From positions 57,660,001-57,724,000 of the forward strand of contig OZ024741.1 in assembly GCA_964016885.1 (NCBI GenBank): a stretch of 64,000 nucleotides of DNA. The letters run 5' to 3'. The notes below the pieces were generated by a model. It saw only the letters and a list, made by a program, of their open reading frames with translations. It searched no databases and was not told the DNA's origin. How positions within the stretch are numbered: the stretch's first letter is position 1; every line of letters starts with the position of its first letter. The position numbers and the translations under genes are program-made. Of the stretch, positions 51,442 through 64,000 are shown one piece after another. Source of the stretch: Eledone cirrhosa (Eukaryota).

Positions 51442-51505
51442 TATTTTATTATATATATTTCAAGGGCGACCAAGCCAATCTTGGTGCGTTTCATCAGATA
51501 AAATA
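51442..51505 (-). ncRNA. Type I hammerhead, related to 15886-15956
   Basis: Minus strand reads tattttat CTGATGA aacgc-accaag-attgg-cttggt-cgccctt GAAA tatata TA ataaaata. Confidence 0.8.
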
Positions 51506-52381
51506 CAAAATTTGTTTTATAAATAACGACATAACCATGGAAGACAACCTTAACGGCTGAAAATTCGCTGGATACTCCATTATCCGTTTAGTGCTCTATA
51601 TCAGTTATAAGCATTTTTGTTTGTTGAAATTCTAACAAATTAAATATAACTTATATATATATATATATATATATTGTATATTGTATGTTGACATACTGTT
51701 GACATACTGCTGACTCTCTTTTGATGTATGTATGTGTATATACATATGTGTATGTGTGTGTATATGTATATCTCAGTGGATGCGACCAGATTTCAATACA
51801 GCAACAACTACAACAACAACAGCAGCAACACCAACAACAACAACAACAGCAACAACACCATCGTCTGTGTTGAATGTGTGTGTGTGTGTATGTATTTGTA
51901 TATATGCGACAGCAATAACAGCATCAACACCATTGTCTGCAGCAACAGCAGCAGTGAAATGAAGGACAACAACAACAGCAACAACGACAACAACTACAAT
52001 AACAACTACAGCACCAACAACTGCCACCACTATCACTGACCATCCACCACCACCACGCTGATACCATCCACCACCACACTGACACCATCCACCACCGCCA
52101 TTACCAGCGTAAAGCAAACAATTATTATTGTTATTATTATTATATACAAGCCGAACTGGACTGGGAAAGGTCAACAGTTGACATGATAGTGATTTTGACG
52201 ATTTTGATTTTGTATCAGTACTGTCGGTAATATATGTATATATATGTTTGTGAGTGGTGTGTGTGATTGTATGCATGAATGAGTGTTGGTATGTGTGGTT
52301 GTGGTTTGTATGCAGGAGTATTGGTGTGTGAGTGTTTGTGTGTGCGTCGTGTCAATAAGTTTTTTTTTTTTTTTTTTTTTT

Positions 52382-55300
52382 AATGACCATGCTGTAAAAT
52401 GGAGGGGTAGAGAGGGCCCTTGAGTCTAGTAAGACATCCTCTCTAGTGCTGGTGGCACAAATAAAAGCACCCAGTCCATGCTGTAAAGTGGCGCTGGTGT
52501 TAGGAAGGGCATCCAACCAGTGTATCAATGCCAAAAAGCTTATCAGCACAGCAACAAAACAGCATAGGAAAATATGAAGACGTCGCATCTCAGAGTTGCA
52601 ACACTTAATGTTGGCACTCTCAGAGGTAGATCTGTTGAAATAGCGGAGATGCTGGAGAGAAGGCAGGTGGATGTGTGCTGCGTGCAAGAGGTGAGATGGA
52701 GAGGTGCCTCTGCGAGACTAGTCGTAGGCAAGCGTCTTAGCTATAAGCTATTCTGGGTAGGTAAGGATGATGGGTTAGGGGGAGTAGGCATTTTCCTGGC
52801 TGAGAAATGGATCAATAAGACAATAGAGGTAGTTCGAGTTAGTAATCGAATAATTAAGCTTAGATTAGTTGTAGGTAGGAGACTACTGACAATCATCTCG
52901 GTCTATGCTCCCCAAGCAGGCCTAGGCAAAGATGAGAAAGACTGCTTTTATGAGCAACTTTTGCAAACAACCACAATGACAGAGGACGGAGACATCGTTA
53001 TGCTAGCAGGAGACTTCAATGGTCATGTTGGACAGCTCCAGGATGGTTACACTGGGGTACATGGTGGGCACGGTTACGGCTCAAGAAATGAAGAAGGAGT
53101 GAGACTTCTTGAATTTTGTGATGCGAGTACATTGACTATTTGCAACACAAACTTCCAGAAACCTGCCAATCACCTAATAACCTACAAATCTGGTGAGCAC
53201 ATAAGCCAGATTGACTTCCTGCTAGTTAGGCAGCGGGACAGGCAGATAGTGTCTAATACCAAGGCATACCCTGGGGAAGAATGTACCCCACAGCATAGGT
53301 TAGTTGTTAGTGATATCTCAGTAAGCAAGAGATGGAATGAGACATATAGGAAGGTGTGGAGAAGAAAGGTCTGGAAGCTAAAAGACCTTTCACTAAAATA
53401 CAAATTTAGGAAAGCCCTTCAAGATGTATATGACGAAAAAGAAGACGATTTAGAGACGTATGACATAGATAATAACTGGAAGTTCTTACGTGACAACTTG
53501 CTGCAGGCTACTGATGAAACCTGTGGCTGGAGCAGAGCTCCAACCAGACAGAGAGTGACCTGGTGGTGGAACAGCACAGTAGATAAGGCTATTAGAGACA
53601 AAAGACTAGCATGGAAGGCTTGGAAAAAGGGTGGGAGTAGGGAAGACTATACAGCCACTAAGAGAGAAGCTAGACGTCAGGTGTACTTAGCACGCAGGGA
53701 GGCAGAGAGTAGGAGGTTTGCCAATGTTCTGCGACGGGAAGATCAGAGGCGTGCGGTGTTCCACATTGCAAGGCAGTGTGTCAATGCAAATCAGGATGTT
53801 GTTGGAGATAAATGTGTCCGGGATGATGCCGGTGTACTTAGTGTCACGAATGACCAGAAAAAGGAGGCCTGGAAATGTCATGATGAGAGACTGATGAATG
53901 CGGAGAATGAATGGGAGAGAGAGAAATTACCCTTGGTAGATCCGACAGAGGGACCAGCTATTGAGATTGACGAATATAGGGTCCAAGAGGCGATTAGGGA
54001 AATGAAAAATGGTAAGGCGGCCGGACCATCGGGAATAGTTGCTGAGATGCTGAAGGCATCAGGGGACGTAGGCACTAAACTGGTTGCACGCATCATCAAT
54101 CAGGCTATATATGGTGGTGTCATATCCAAAGACTGGTGCAGCAGTATTCTCATAAATTGCTACAAAGGTAAAGGGGATGCTTTGGAGAGGAGCAATTATA
54201 GGGGTATAAAACTGATAGATCAGGTTATGAAAGTGGCAGAAAGGATTTTAGCACAACTAATTAGAGAAAGGGTCAAACTAGATGAGATGCAGTTTGGTTT
54301 TGTGCCTGGGAAGAGTATAACAGATGCCCTCTTCTTGGTGAGACAAATGCAAGAGAGGTTCTTAGAGAAGAATAAGCCACTATACTTAGCCTTTGTTGAC
54401 CTAGAGAAGGCCTTTGATAGGGTACCCCGATCTGTCATCTGGTGGTCCCTAAGGAAGCTAGGTGTTGAGGAATGGTTTGTGAGGACAGTGCAAACTTTGT
54501 ACAGAGGTACTCTCAGTAAAGTCAGGGTAGGAATGGAGTTTAGTGAGGAATTCCAGATACAAGTAGGAGTACATCAGGGTTCGGTCCTCAGCCCGCTCTT
54601 GTTCATTATAGTCCTCCAAGCCATAACAGAGGAGTTTAAGACTGGCTGTCCATGGGAACTTCTCTATGCTGACGATCTGGCTCTTATAGCAGAATCAGTA
54701 GAGGAGCTAGAGAATAAATTCCGGCTATGGAAACAGCAGTTGGAAGCAAGAGGACTGAGAGTAAATCTAGCTAAGACAAAAGTGTTGATGAGTAGAAAAG
54801 AGGACAAAACCCTGATTCCGTCAGGGAAATGGCCATGTTCGATATGCAGAAAAGGAACTGGCATAAATTCTATAAAATGCACACAATGCAGGTCCTGGGT
54901 ACACAAGAGATGTAGCGGGATAGCAGGCAAACTAACAGGTAGGGAGAAATATGTATGCAGTAGATGTACAGGGAAATTAGACAGTAGAAGTCGCACTGAT
55001 AGACACATTTTTCAAATGCGAGAGGGCGCTATAGAAGTGGTGGATAGCTTCCGGTACCTAGGAGATCAGATTAGCATGGGAGGAGGGTGTTCCGAGGCCA
55101 TAGTATCTAGAATAAGGACGGGTTGGAAGAAGTTTAGGGAGCTGCTTCCTCTGTTGACGAAGAAGGGTTTCTCCCTGCGTACGAAAGGCCGGTTGTATGA
55201 TGCCTGTGTGAGGAGCGCGATGCTGCATGGTAGTGAGACATGGGCAGCAACCGCAGAGGATATGCGACGGCTGGAGAGAAATGAGGCAAGCATGCTCCGT

Positions 55301-55672
55301 TGGATGTGCAGTGTAAATGTGCGTGAACGACCCAGCATAAATGTGTTGAGAGAGAAACTGTGTCTGAGAGGGATAGAATGTAGTGTACGGGAGAGGAGAC
55401 TGGGGTGGTATGGACATGTGATGCGCATGGAGGATGACCGATGGGTGAAGAAGTGCCAGGAAATGCCAGTTGAAGGAAGACGTGGTAGAGGTAGACCACG
55501 AAAAACATGGGCGGAGGTGGTGAGAACAGACCTCAGATCATTGAAGCTCACGGTGGAGATGACGAGGGACCGTGACGAGTGGAGAGATGCTGTGCTGAAT
55601 AAGACCCGTCCCACCCTTGCAAGCAGGGAAAAGCGGACGTAAAATGATGATGATGATGATGATGATGATGAT
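52382..55672 (+). mobile_element. Apparently full-length RTE-clade LINE
   Basis: ~190-bp 5' UTR, single intact ORF, stop followed almost immediately by (GAT)n. Confidence 0.93.
52574..55642 (+). CDS. RTE polyprotein: APE endonuclease + reverse transcriptase with PHD-like zinc finger insert (1022 aa)
   Basis: ATLNVGTL, VQEVRW, GDFNGHVG, SQIDF, QHRLV; NYRGIKL, DLEKAFDRV, HQGSVLSP, YADD; CSIC..CTQC..H..C..CSRC. Confidence 0.95.
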   Translation: MKTSHLRVATLNVGTLRGRSVEIAEMLERRQVDVCCVQEVRWRGASARLVVGKRLSYKLFWVGKDDGLGGVGIFLAEKWINKTIEVVRVSNRIIKLRLVVGRRLLTIISVYAPQAGLGKDEKDCFYEQLLQTTTMTEDGDIVMLAGDFNGHVGQLQDGYTGVHGGHGYGSRNEEGVRLLEFCDASTLTICNTNFQKPANHLITYKSGEHISQIDFLLVRQRDRQIVSNTKAYPGEECTPQHRLVVSDISVSKRWNETYRKVWRRKVWKLKDLSLKYKFRKALQDVYDEKEDDLETYDIDNNWKFLRDNLLQATDETCGWSRAPTRQRVTWWWNSTVDKAIRDKRLAWKAWKKGGSREDYTATKREARRQVYLARREAESRRFANVLRREDQRRAVFHIARQCVNANQDVVGDKCVRDDAGVLSVTNDQKKEAWKCHDERLMNAENEWEREKLPLVDPTEGPAIEIDEYRVQEAIREMKNGKAAGPSGIVAEMLKASGDVGTKLVARIINQAIYGGVISKDWCSSILINCYKGKGDALERSNYRGIKLIDQVMKVAERILAQLIRERVKLDEMQFGFVPGKSITDALFLVRQMQERFLEKNKPLYLAFVDLEKAFDRVPRSVIWWSLRKLGVEEWFVRTVQTLYRGTLSKVRVGMEFSEEFQIQVGVHQGSVLSPLLFIIVLQAITEEFKTGCPWELLYADDLALIAESVEELENKFRLWKQQLEARGLRVNLAKTKVLMSRKEDKTLIPSGKWPCSICRKGTGINSIKCTQCRSWVHKRCSGIAGKLTGREKYVCSRCTGKLDSRSRTDRHIFQMREGAIEVVDSFRYLGDQISMGGGCSEAIVSRIRTGWKKFRELLPLLTKKGFSLRTKGRLYDACVRSAMLHGSETWAATAEDMRRLERNEASMLRWMCSVNVRERPSINVLREKLCLRGIECSVRERRLGWYGHVMRMEDDRWVKKCQEMPVEGRRGRGRPRKTWAEVVRTDLRSLKLTVEMTRDRDEWRDAVLNKTRPTLASREKRT

Positions 55673-55838
55673 ATGGGAAGCTATAGAGATCCAACATTGG
55701 AAATGACGCATGCTTATCTCTGCAAGAATTGGTGCCAATGTGTCCTCCCCTATATATATTTATTTGTTATTTCACATTGAGTGCATTATATAATATTTGT
55801 ACACTTATTGGATAAGTGTTGCAAAAATATATCATCAT

Positions 55839-55911
<73 letters not shown>

Positions 55912-56288
55912 CATCATCTATATATGTATGTATAAATATATATATATAATTCAACTTCCTAGTTGGTTGTTTATTTTGATTTTCATTTGTTTTTGGATTT
56001 TTAAAAACAATATTTGGTTTGGTTTGAACGTGTTAATTTAATTTAAATTTCAGTGGTATATTTTTCTTTTCTTTTTCTCTTTTTCATTTAAGTCATGCTT
56101 TCTTTTATTTTTAATCTCAGCAAAGTGTGCTGGAAAGTAAATTACAAAATCATTTGATGGATATGAGAGAGAGAGAGAGAGAGAGTGAGAGAGAGAGAGT
56201 GAGAGAGAGAGAGAGAAAAGAGAGAGAGAAGAGAGAGAGTGAGAGAGAGAGAGAGTGAGAGAGAGAGAGAGTGAGAGAGAGAGAGAGT

Positions 56289-56377
<89 letters not shown>

Positions 56378-57390
56378 ATAATAATACTAATAATAATACT
56401 AATACTAATACTAATATTAATACTAATACTACTAATAATAAATATTATTATTTGACTGCAGTTTTTTTTCACTTTTAAAATTGTTTGGTTTTGCTTTTAT
56501 TTTTAATATTTTGGGTTGTGAGAGCATTTCATTTCGATGATGCATGTGAAATTTTAACTTTTGTACCTCGGGATTTCAGATTGGGCTATGTAAATATTTC
56601 TTTCGCTTGGTTATTTCTGCCCCTATATTATCAATATCGATTTTACATCCATCCTTCAGTTAATTGCTTACTAAAAATCTGAGATGAAACAGTTTAGTTA
56701 TATTGCTTTAGTTCTCTCACATTTTCTCCCTCTCTCTATGCATACACACACACACACACACACAAACACATATGTACATACATACATACACATATATATA
56801 TGCCATCACCACGATCACTATCTCTACTTTGGTGTTCCCACATCCCCTCCTCCTATGCTATCAAAAGTTACCCCTTCTTCCCCACTGACCACCCTTATCA
56901 TAACTTCATACTAATCTCCCTTCTATCACCCCGCCTAATGCCCCCGCTAAAGATGGCTTTCCATTTGGACAAAGACCAACAGCTTCTCTAGCATTATGCC
57001 ATGAAAATGCACCCGGTACATCCTGTAAGTTCGTTGGTGACAGGAAGGGCACCCCACTGTTGAAACCTAAAAATGGTTGAGAGAACCCTTCAGTTGTGTG
57101 AAAGACATGACAACCTCTCTTGTGCACTTGGTAGAATGTGAGATCCAGACACCCTAGTCTGTCTGGGAGGTCAGTATCCCTGTTTCAGTATTGACTTATG
57201 TAGAACTGTCCAACCCTTATTAGCAGGGAAATCAGACATTAAACGATAATAATGATGATTATGATAAATGTATATATATATATATTAATTTTTGATCTCG
57301 GCAAACTGTGCTGGGAAGTAAATTAGAAAATCATCCGCTGGATGTATGAGAGAGAGAGAGATAGAGAGAAACAGAGAGAGAGATAGAGAG

Positions 57391-57470
<80 letters not shown>

Positions 57471-57988
57471 TATATATATGTACCCATACACACACACACA
57501 CACAATATGAAACGAGTCAAAGAAGCAGAAAAAATAATCTTGTAAATGTTCAGCTTTCACAATAAAAGGTATCCAGCCCACTCCGTGAAATGGTAATGTT
57601 GGTGCAACAATAAAATGCACTCATGACATGCTGTAAAGTGGCTGGTTTTAGGAAAGGTGTACAGTTATATAAGCCATACCAAAATGTTATGTATGACCTG
57701 TCTGGCCCCATGCCCATATGGAAAACAGACATAATAAAATGATGATAATGAGGATATATATACATATATCACATACATATATATTATCTCTATATATATT
57801 CCTCACAGTTTCCATTTACCAAATTTCATTCACAAGGTATTGGGCAAGTCAAGGCTATAGAAGGTGCTGGACGGTGAGACTGAACCTATAACCACATGGT
57901 TGAGAAGTGAACTCTTTAACTACACGTAACCATGCCTGCACCTTTGATTTAGCTGTTAAAGTTTCAAGCTCAAATTTTCAAGACATAA

Positions 57989-58145
57989 TGATTCCTGTAT
58001 TGGCCACTGGGGCTGACAGACATAATAATAATAGTAATAATAATAATAGTAATAATAATAATAATAATGTTTTCTTTATTAACCACAAGGGTTCACATAA
58101 AGTAGACATTAATAATAATAATAATGATTTCTTTATTGGCCACAA
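57989..58145 (-). mobile_element. Cluster of three very short Tx1 3' tails in an (AAT)n tract
   Basis: 58069-58111 matches the reverse complement of 6980-7021; 57989-58017 and 58124-58145 resemble 43158-43186. Confidence 0.7.
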
Positions 58146-59535
58146 TAATAATAATAATAATAATAATAATATCCCCTTAGATAAATCTTTACCTTTTCTT
58201 TGATTTTTTGAGGCAAAGAACCCATCCAAGTATTCTAGTACATTATTGATTCCTACCCGCAGCCCTATAATAAATTCTTCAGTAATAGACTTTTAGATTC
58301 TTAGCACGACTGAGATTTAGAAATTCTTCACTTGAATGATTGTCATTCTTTAGTATTCATCAAAATAATAATCTTCATGTGCATCATCTTTAGAATTCTA
58401 TTTTCTAAGGCCTGCAGTCAGTTAAATAATGTTATTGTTCTCTGCCATGTTTCATTTCTAAACTTTATTTCTGTCAGCCTTGTACCCAACCTCACGTTAA
58501 TTTCCACCAAAGGCAATTTAATACACATTCCTCACTCCAGTGTACAATAACCAGTCATTTGGAAACTTCGCATCACTATTTCACAACTGAATGAAAAAAA
58601 CAGTTTTGTAATGTTTTCATAATTTCCGTGTTAAAGATAAAGATAACGATAAAAATAACATACATACATAATACATACGTACATATGTACATACATACAT
58701 ACATAATACATACATACGTACATATGTACATACATGCGTACATACATACATAAATATATACATATAAATCAATTAAATAAAATTTCAAAAACAATTTCAC
58801 AAACGAGGCGAAAATACAATAGAAGTTGTTAAAAGTTTTATCCTAAAAACCCTTGGACCATTATATATTTAATTTAACCATTATAACTGTGATTTACAAC
58901 AGTGATGTATTTATTATAATGTTATGATTTGATATAATTATGAAGACTATAGTGTATGGAGTGAATAACATGAAAGACAAACATGACGTTAGAGAATTCA
59001 ATTTAGTATTTTCAAAGAGGTATTTCTTTCATAAGCGAATATCTGGAAGTGATATAATAATGCTGTTCTGAGATTTACAAGTTGACATTATCGTATGTCA
59101 TAAGGGATACAATGATTTTTAAATACGACTATTGAATTGTATATTGTAATTTCAATAAACTAAGAATTATGGTACACATATATCATGAAAATAGAAATAT
59201 TATGAAGACATAATCACTGCCAGTCAACAACAGAATTTATTTTATGGATTTCAATAATATAAAAAAATGACTGTTTCAATAGTTGTAAAATTGAACTTAA
59301 ATTCTTTCAGGATTCTTATTATGGTGATAATGAGAAGGTAAACGTTTGAGGATTGACAATAAATAATTATATAATTCAATAGTAAGTAAATGTTTGCTTC
59401 TCATTTAATTTCAAGGTATTTTTATGGGCACTTGGAAAATAAAATTTATGACAAAATAATTTGGCCATAACATCTCTCATTAATGTTTTAGAGCAAACAT
59501 TCATAATTTCCTATAGCTAACTCTCTAACTTTTCC

Positions 59536-59649
<114 letters not shown>

Positions 59650-59985
59650 CAATATTATATTAAGTTATACAATATATATATATATCTTTTATAATAAAAC
59701 ACAAGATCATGTGGTAATTACTTTATGATAGATTTGTTTGCAAAGTGGTAATTTGAAAATATATATGCTGTTATATCTTATTCCCAACCTCTCTCTCTGT
59801 CATAGATAGTATTGACAAAATATACCCACTGGTTAGTGGTATAGTAACAACTATCTATAACTATCTACCTGTATATGTACGTGCATGTGTGTATATGTGT
59901 ATGCATAGGGAGAGTTGTTGTGGCCAACAACTATGCACCTATTTATCTTCAGACAATATAAACAACATTTATCTATCTATCTATC

Positions 59986-62492
59986 GGCGCGCCGGGAGGG
60001 GCTATGGATTTCGGTCCATACCTCGACGGCCTACCGCGACTCTCGGACAGCGAGGCAAAGTTCTGCGAAAAGCCGATTTCAGCCGCTGAGATAGGGGACG
60101 CGCTGAGCCAATGCGGCAAACGCAAATCTCCAGGCCTCGACGGTCTACCCTACGAATTTTACGTAGCAATGCCGGAGTTGTTCTCCGATCTCCTCGAAGC
60201 GGTCTACTGCAACTGGCAGCAGAACGGGAGAATTCCCAGTTCTGTGACCAAAGGCGTAGTCACGCTGGTCAGAAAGGACGAGAACATTTGCCTCACCGAA
60301 TCATTGAATGATAATTGCCCCACCGAAGCCGGGTTCACACCCTACCCTCTCTACGATGTATCGCATAAGGTGGAGGTTGTCATGTATGGACCTGGTCGGG
60401 ATTGCGCATGTCTGTGCTTCTCCCACCAAGTTCCCGACGACAAGCGCCAACCCCTTTGCTAACACCTTGGCCAAAATTTGTAACTCTGGTGGGAGAAGCA
60501 CAGATATGCGCAATCTCGACCAGGTCCATACACGACAACCCCCACCTTATGCGATACATCGTAGAGAGGGTAGGGTGTGAACCCGGCTTCGGTGGGGCAA
60601 TGATCAATTTGGATCAGTCTAAGGCGTTCGATAGGGTCGGCCATCGTTACCTGGATGCGGTGCTCGCGGCGGCAGGCTTCGGACCTGCGTTCAGGGGCTG
60701 GATTGCTGTCATGCACAGCAGCAACATCTGCTCAAGGATCAAGGTGAATGGCTACCTCTCGGATCCGTTCCAAATCACGCGATCCATCCGACAGGGATGC
60801 CCTCTCTCCTCCTTTTTGTACGTGCTGGCTCTCGAGCTACTACTGCGGAAGTTGGAGCTGCTGCAGGGCATCCCGTTGGAACCGGGACTGTGAAAAGCTG
60901 CGTCGGCCTACGCCGACGACGTGACAGTAATGGTGTCGAGCACCTCGCAAATCAGGGAGGTCGGCACCCTACTGGAGGAATACGAAAGGTTTACAGGAGC
61001 GAAGCTGAACCGGGACAAGTCCGTCGGTTTGCAACTCGGAACGTGGAGAGGCAAACCGATGCCTTCCGACGGTGTCGTTGGACGCTGGACGGAGAGACCG
61101 GTGAAACTGCTCGGGGTCTGGTTCGGACCGGACCTCCAGGGGAGAAAAATTAGGACGAGGTGACAGCCAAGGTGTTTGCACTCGCCCAGAAGTGGGCCAA
61201 GTGCAAACTATCCTTGAAAGGTCGAGTGGAGGTGGCGAACACTTTTATAGCGTCCGCCATCTACTACCGCTTGACCGTAGTGCCTTGTCTACGTGAAACG
61301 CTGACCAAAATGGAGCGCGCGCTCTTCCAATTCCTTTGGAAGAAGCGGACTCCTTTGGTGAGAAGGTCCATCTGCTGTCAACACTCTTCAAACGGAGGGC
61401 TGGGGATGCCGTGGCTGACGATACGCAAACATGCGCTCAGGCTGCGGCACATCCACGTATTCCTCGCCGAACAACCGGTGTGGGCCCCATTCGTGAGGCG
61501 AGCCTTCCCGCAACTCGTCTCGCTGACGGAGCTGCAGTCCTGGGTCAAGCAAAGACCGAGGAAAATGGGCGTCTGGCACATCGAATGTGCTGAGGCGCTC
61601 ACACTCCTCTGGCAAACGGACCGGCAATCAGTGGAGATTCCACCTCGTCATTCTATAAAGCGTTGGTGCGACGACACTCTTGGGGAAACTCTAGGCATAG
61701 AAGGAGACGAACTGGCCAGCCTGCTTGGTAGGACCTTCCGCCCGGGACCGATAGACAACTTCCAAAAGTCCCTGGCTTGGCAGTGCTACCCGTTCGAGAC
61801 AAGCTCTACAGACACGGGCGCCCGGGCAGGGATCCCTCGAAAAAAATCTGTCCGAGATGCGTGCGGGACGAGGAAACCGTCGCGTACGCATTCGTTCACT
61901 GCCCGGGCGTTACCGACCTGTGGAGCTACGCAGAACGACTACTGCTGTCGCGGGTGGGACAAATCCGGTTGACCACCGAGCCCATTATTACGATCAAACC
62001 GCCACCTTCCTTCAAAAACGAAGGAGAGGCGGTTTTCCTCTGTGTAATGGCTATGGTGAAAGAGGCTATATGGTGGACGAGGCTGAAAGGGCTGAGGTCA
62101 GACGCCTTTCTCTCCGGCGAACAACTGGTTCGCTTCTTCAAATATCATTTTAAAAGAAGAATTAGAGTGGAGAGAGAGGAGCTGTACCCCAGCAAATTCT
62201 CTGAAAGGTGGGTGAAAGTGGCAAGAATGGCCCAAGTGGTTGGGCCTTCTCTCTATATAAACCTGTAGGTTGAGGAAGAAGAAGAAGAGAGGAAGGGAGC
62301 ACTCACTCTTCGTGCTCCTGGAGACGAGGGTTGTATATTTTTCGGGGTGTATACAACCACTGTGTAACGCCTCCACCCTATTGTTGATTTTAATTTTTAA
62401 TTTATGATTGTTATTTCTTTTTACACGCATGTATGTAAACTCCCCACCTTGTATTTGTCCCCATCTTTTGTGCCCTTGTGGCGAATAAAGAA
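59986..62492 (+). mobile_element. 5'-truncated, frameshifted Tx1 LINE with internal inverted duplication; 16-bp TSD in (TATC)n
   Basis: RT and C-terminal fragments homologous to 4389-6761; atttatctatctatct at 59967-59982 and 62493-62508. Confidence 0.92.
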
Positions 62493-62711
62493 ATTTATCT
62501 ATCTATCTGCCTGTCTGTCTATCTATCTTTTTATCTGCCTACTTACCTACCTACCTACCCATCCATACATTCATCCATCTATCTATACCAATGTTTCTAA
62601 CTTCTGACGACGACGACGACAACAACAACAACAAAAAACAACAAGAAAAAGCAAAAAAAAAGCAAGAGTCCTAATGGATGTCCAAAGATATATATAGACA
62701 AAATGATAAAT

Positions 62712-63078
62712 TTATAGAACCTCCTCCTTGATTTCAGTGGGGAAAAAATGCTTTCTTCATTTTCGTGTGCTATCAACTAATCTAACCTCCAATATGCTTG
62801 CAATCGACTTTTTTCCCGGAGTTTTCTCTATGAATTTCTTTTTTTGCATGCTATCAAATGACTAGATTTGTAGAAAAAGAGTGGTGAAAGGGTAAAAAAG
62901 ACCATCAGGGTTTTGCAGATCTACATACTTCTCACGTTTGGCAGGAAATAATCATTTTTTCTCCATTTTCCAGGAAAAAAGTCGATTGTAAGCATCTTGG
63001 AGGTTAGATTAGTTGATAGCTTACGAAAAAAATGGAAAAAATTTTTTCCTACTGGAATCGAGTGGGGTATTCTATAAT
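62712..63078. mobile_element. MITE with ~110-bp imperfect terminal inverted repeats
   Basis: gctatcaactaatctaacctccaa...tcgactttttt is inverted as aaaaaagtcga...ttggaggttagattagttgatagc. Confidence 0.7.
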
Positions 63079-63265
63079 AATTGTTTCTACTTTTGGCACA
63101 AGGCCAGCAATTTCCCAGTGTATTACTGGTACTTTATTTTATCGACCCCGTAAGGATGAAAGGCAAAGTTAACCTCGGCGGGATTTGAACTCAGAATGGC
63201 AAGGGCCGTAACTCTATGCGTCAAAGCATGGCGTCCGACCCTCTACCGATACTGCCAATTCACCG
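63079..63265 (-). mobile_element. tRNA-derived SINE (plus a partial copy at ~63270-63390)
   Basis: Reverse complement of the 48612-48797 family. Confidence 0.8.
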
Positions 63266-63587
63266 TTCTATAATAATGGTTTCTGCTTTAGGCACATAGC
63301 CAACAATTTTGGGGGAGGGGAAAGTCGATTAAATTGACCCAGTGCATTACTGGTACTTTATTTTATTGACCCCATAAGGATGAAAGGGGTGTGTCATAAT
63401 AATTCATTCAACTTTTGGCGCAAGGTCATTTCAGAAGATCCCGTTAAGGGTAAAAGCAGTGATTCTTTGCTTAAACTTTAATCTGTTATTTTAATAAATA
63501 TTTGCTCTACGGTTCTTATATATTTGATATATATTTATCCTTATCGAGCCCTCTTTGGATTTTAGTCTTTACATTTATTATTATTAT

Positions 63588-63667
<80 letters not shown>

Positions 63668-63673
<6 letters not shown>

Positions 63674-63943
63674 GTGCGGGAGAGAAGACTGCGTTGGTAT
63701 GGACATGTGATGCGCATGAAGGATGACTGCTGAGTAAAGAAGTGCTAAGAAAACCCTGTAGAAGGAAGACGCAGTAGAGGAAGACCACGAAAAACATGGG
63801 TGGAGGTGGTGAGAGCTGACCTTAGATCGCTGAAGCTCACGGAGGAGATGACGAAGGACTGTGACAAATGGAGAGATGCTTTGCTGAATAGGACCCGTCC
63901 CACCCTTGCAAGCTGGGAAAAGCGGACGTAAAATGATGATGAT
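63668..63943 (+). mobile_element. Short diverged 3' fragment of the intact RTE family
   Basis: Matches ~55379-55655, ending aagcggacgtaaaatgatgat. Confidence 0.9.
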
Positions 63944-64000
63944 ATATATATAAACAGTTTAAATGGATTGATAATACAACCATATAAATCAAAGGATATT

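Overview
Gene-poor, AT-rich, microsatellite-dense eukaryotic DNA. The repeat families and (TA)n/(CA)n density suggest an octopod cephalopod (inference). No host exon could be supported, and most ORF-track entries are microsatellite or antisense artefacts. The window is a nest of retroelements: the 5' end of an R4/Dong-like LINE (1-323, minus); a near-intact L1/Tx1 LINE (~994-7021, one premature stop in ORF2) plus truncated relatives; one RTE LINE with an intact 1022-aa ORF (52574-55642) and many truncated RTEs; tRNA-derived SINEs, one sharing the RTE tail; a non-autonomous Helitron (16599-19831); a 16-bp G-rich minisatellite; and several Penelope-like (PLE) GIY-YIG/RT fragments. The main signal is about 15 type I minimal hammerhead ribozyme motifs, read by eye, including U3-A8, U4C and core-insertion variants. 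Most have a palindromic stem/loop III, lie next to (TA)n tracts, and several sit in fold-back inverted duplications. The largest is a spacer-less 6.7-kb palindrome (21267-27978) with a hammerhead at each tip. All structures were folded manually; no database searches were run.
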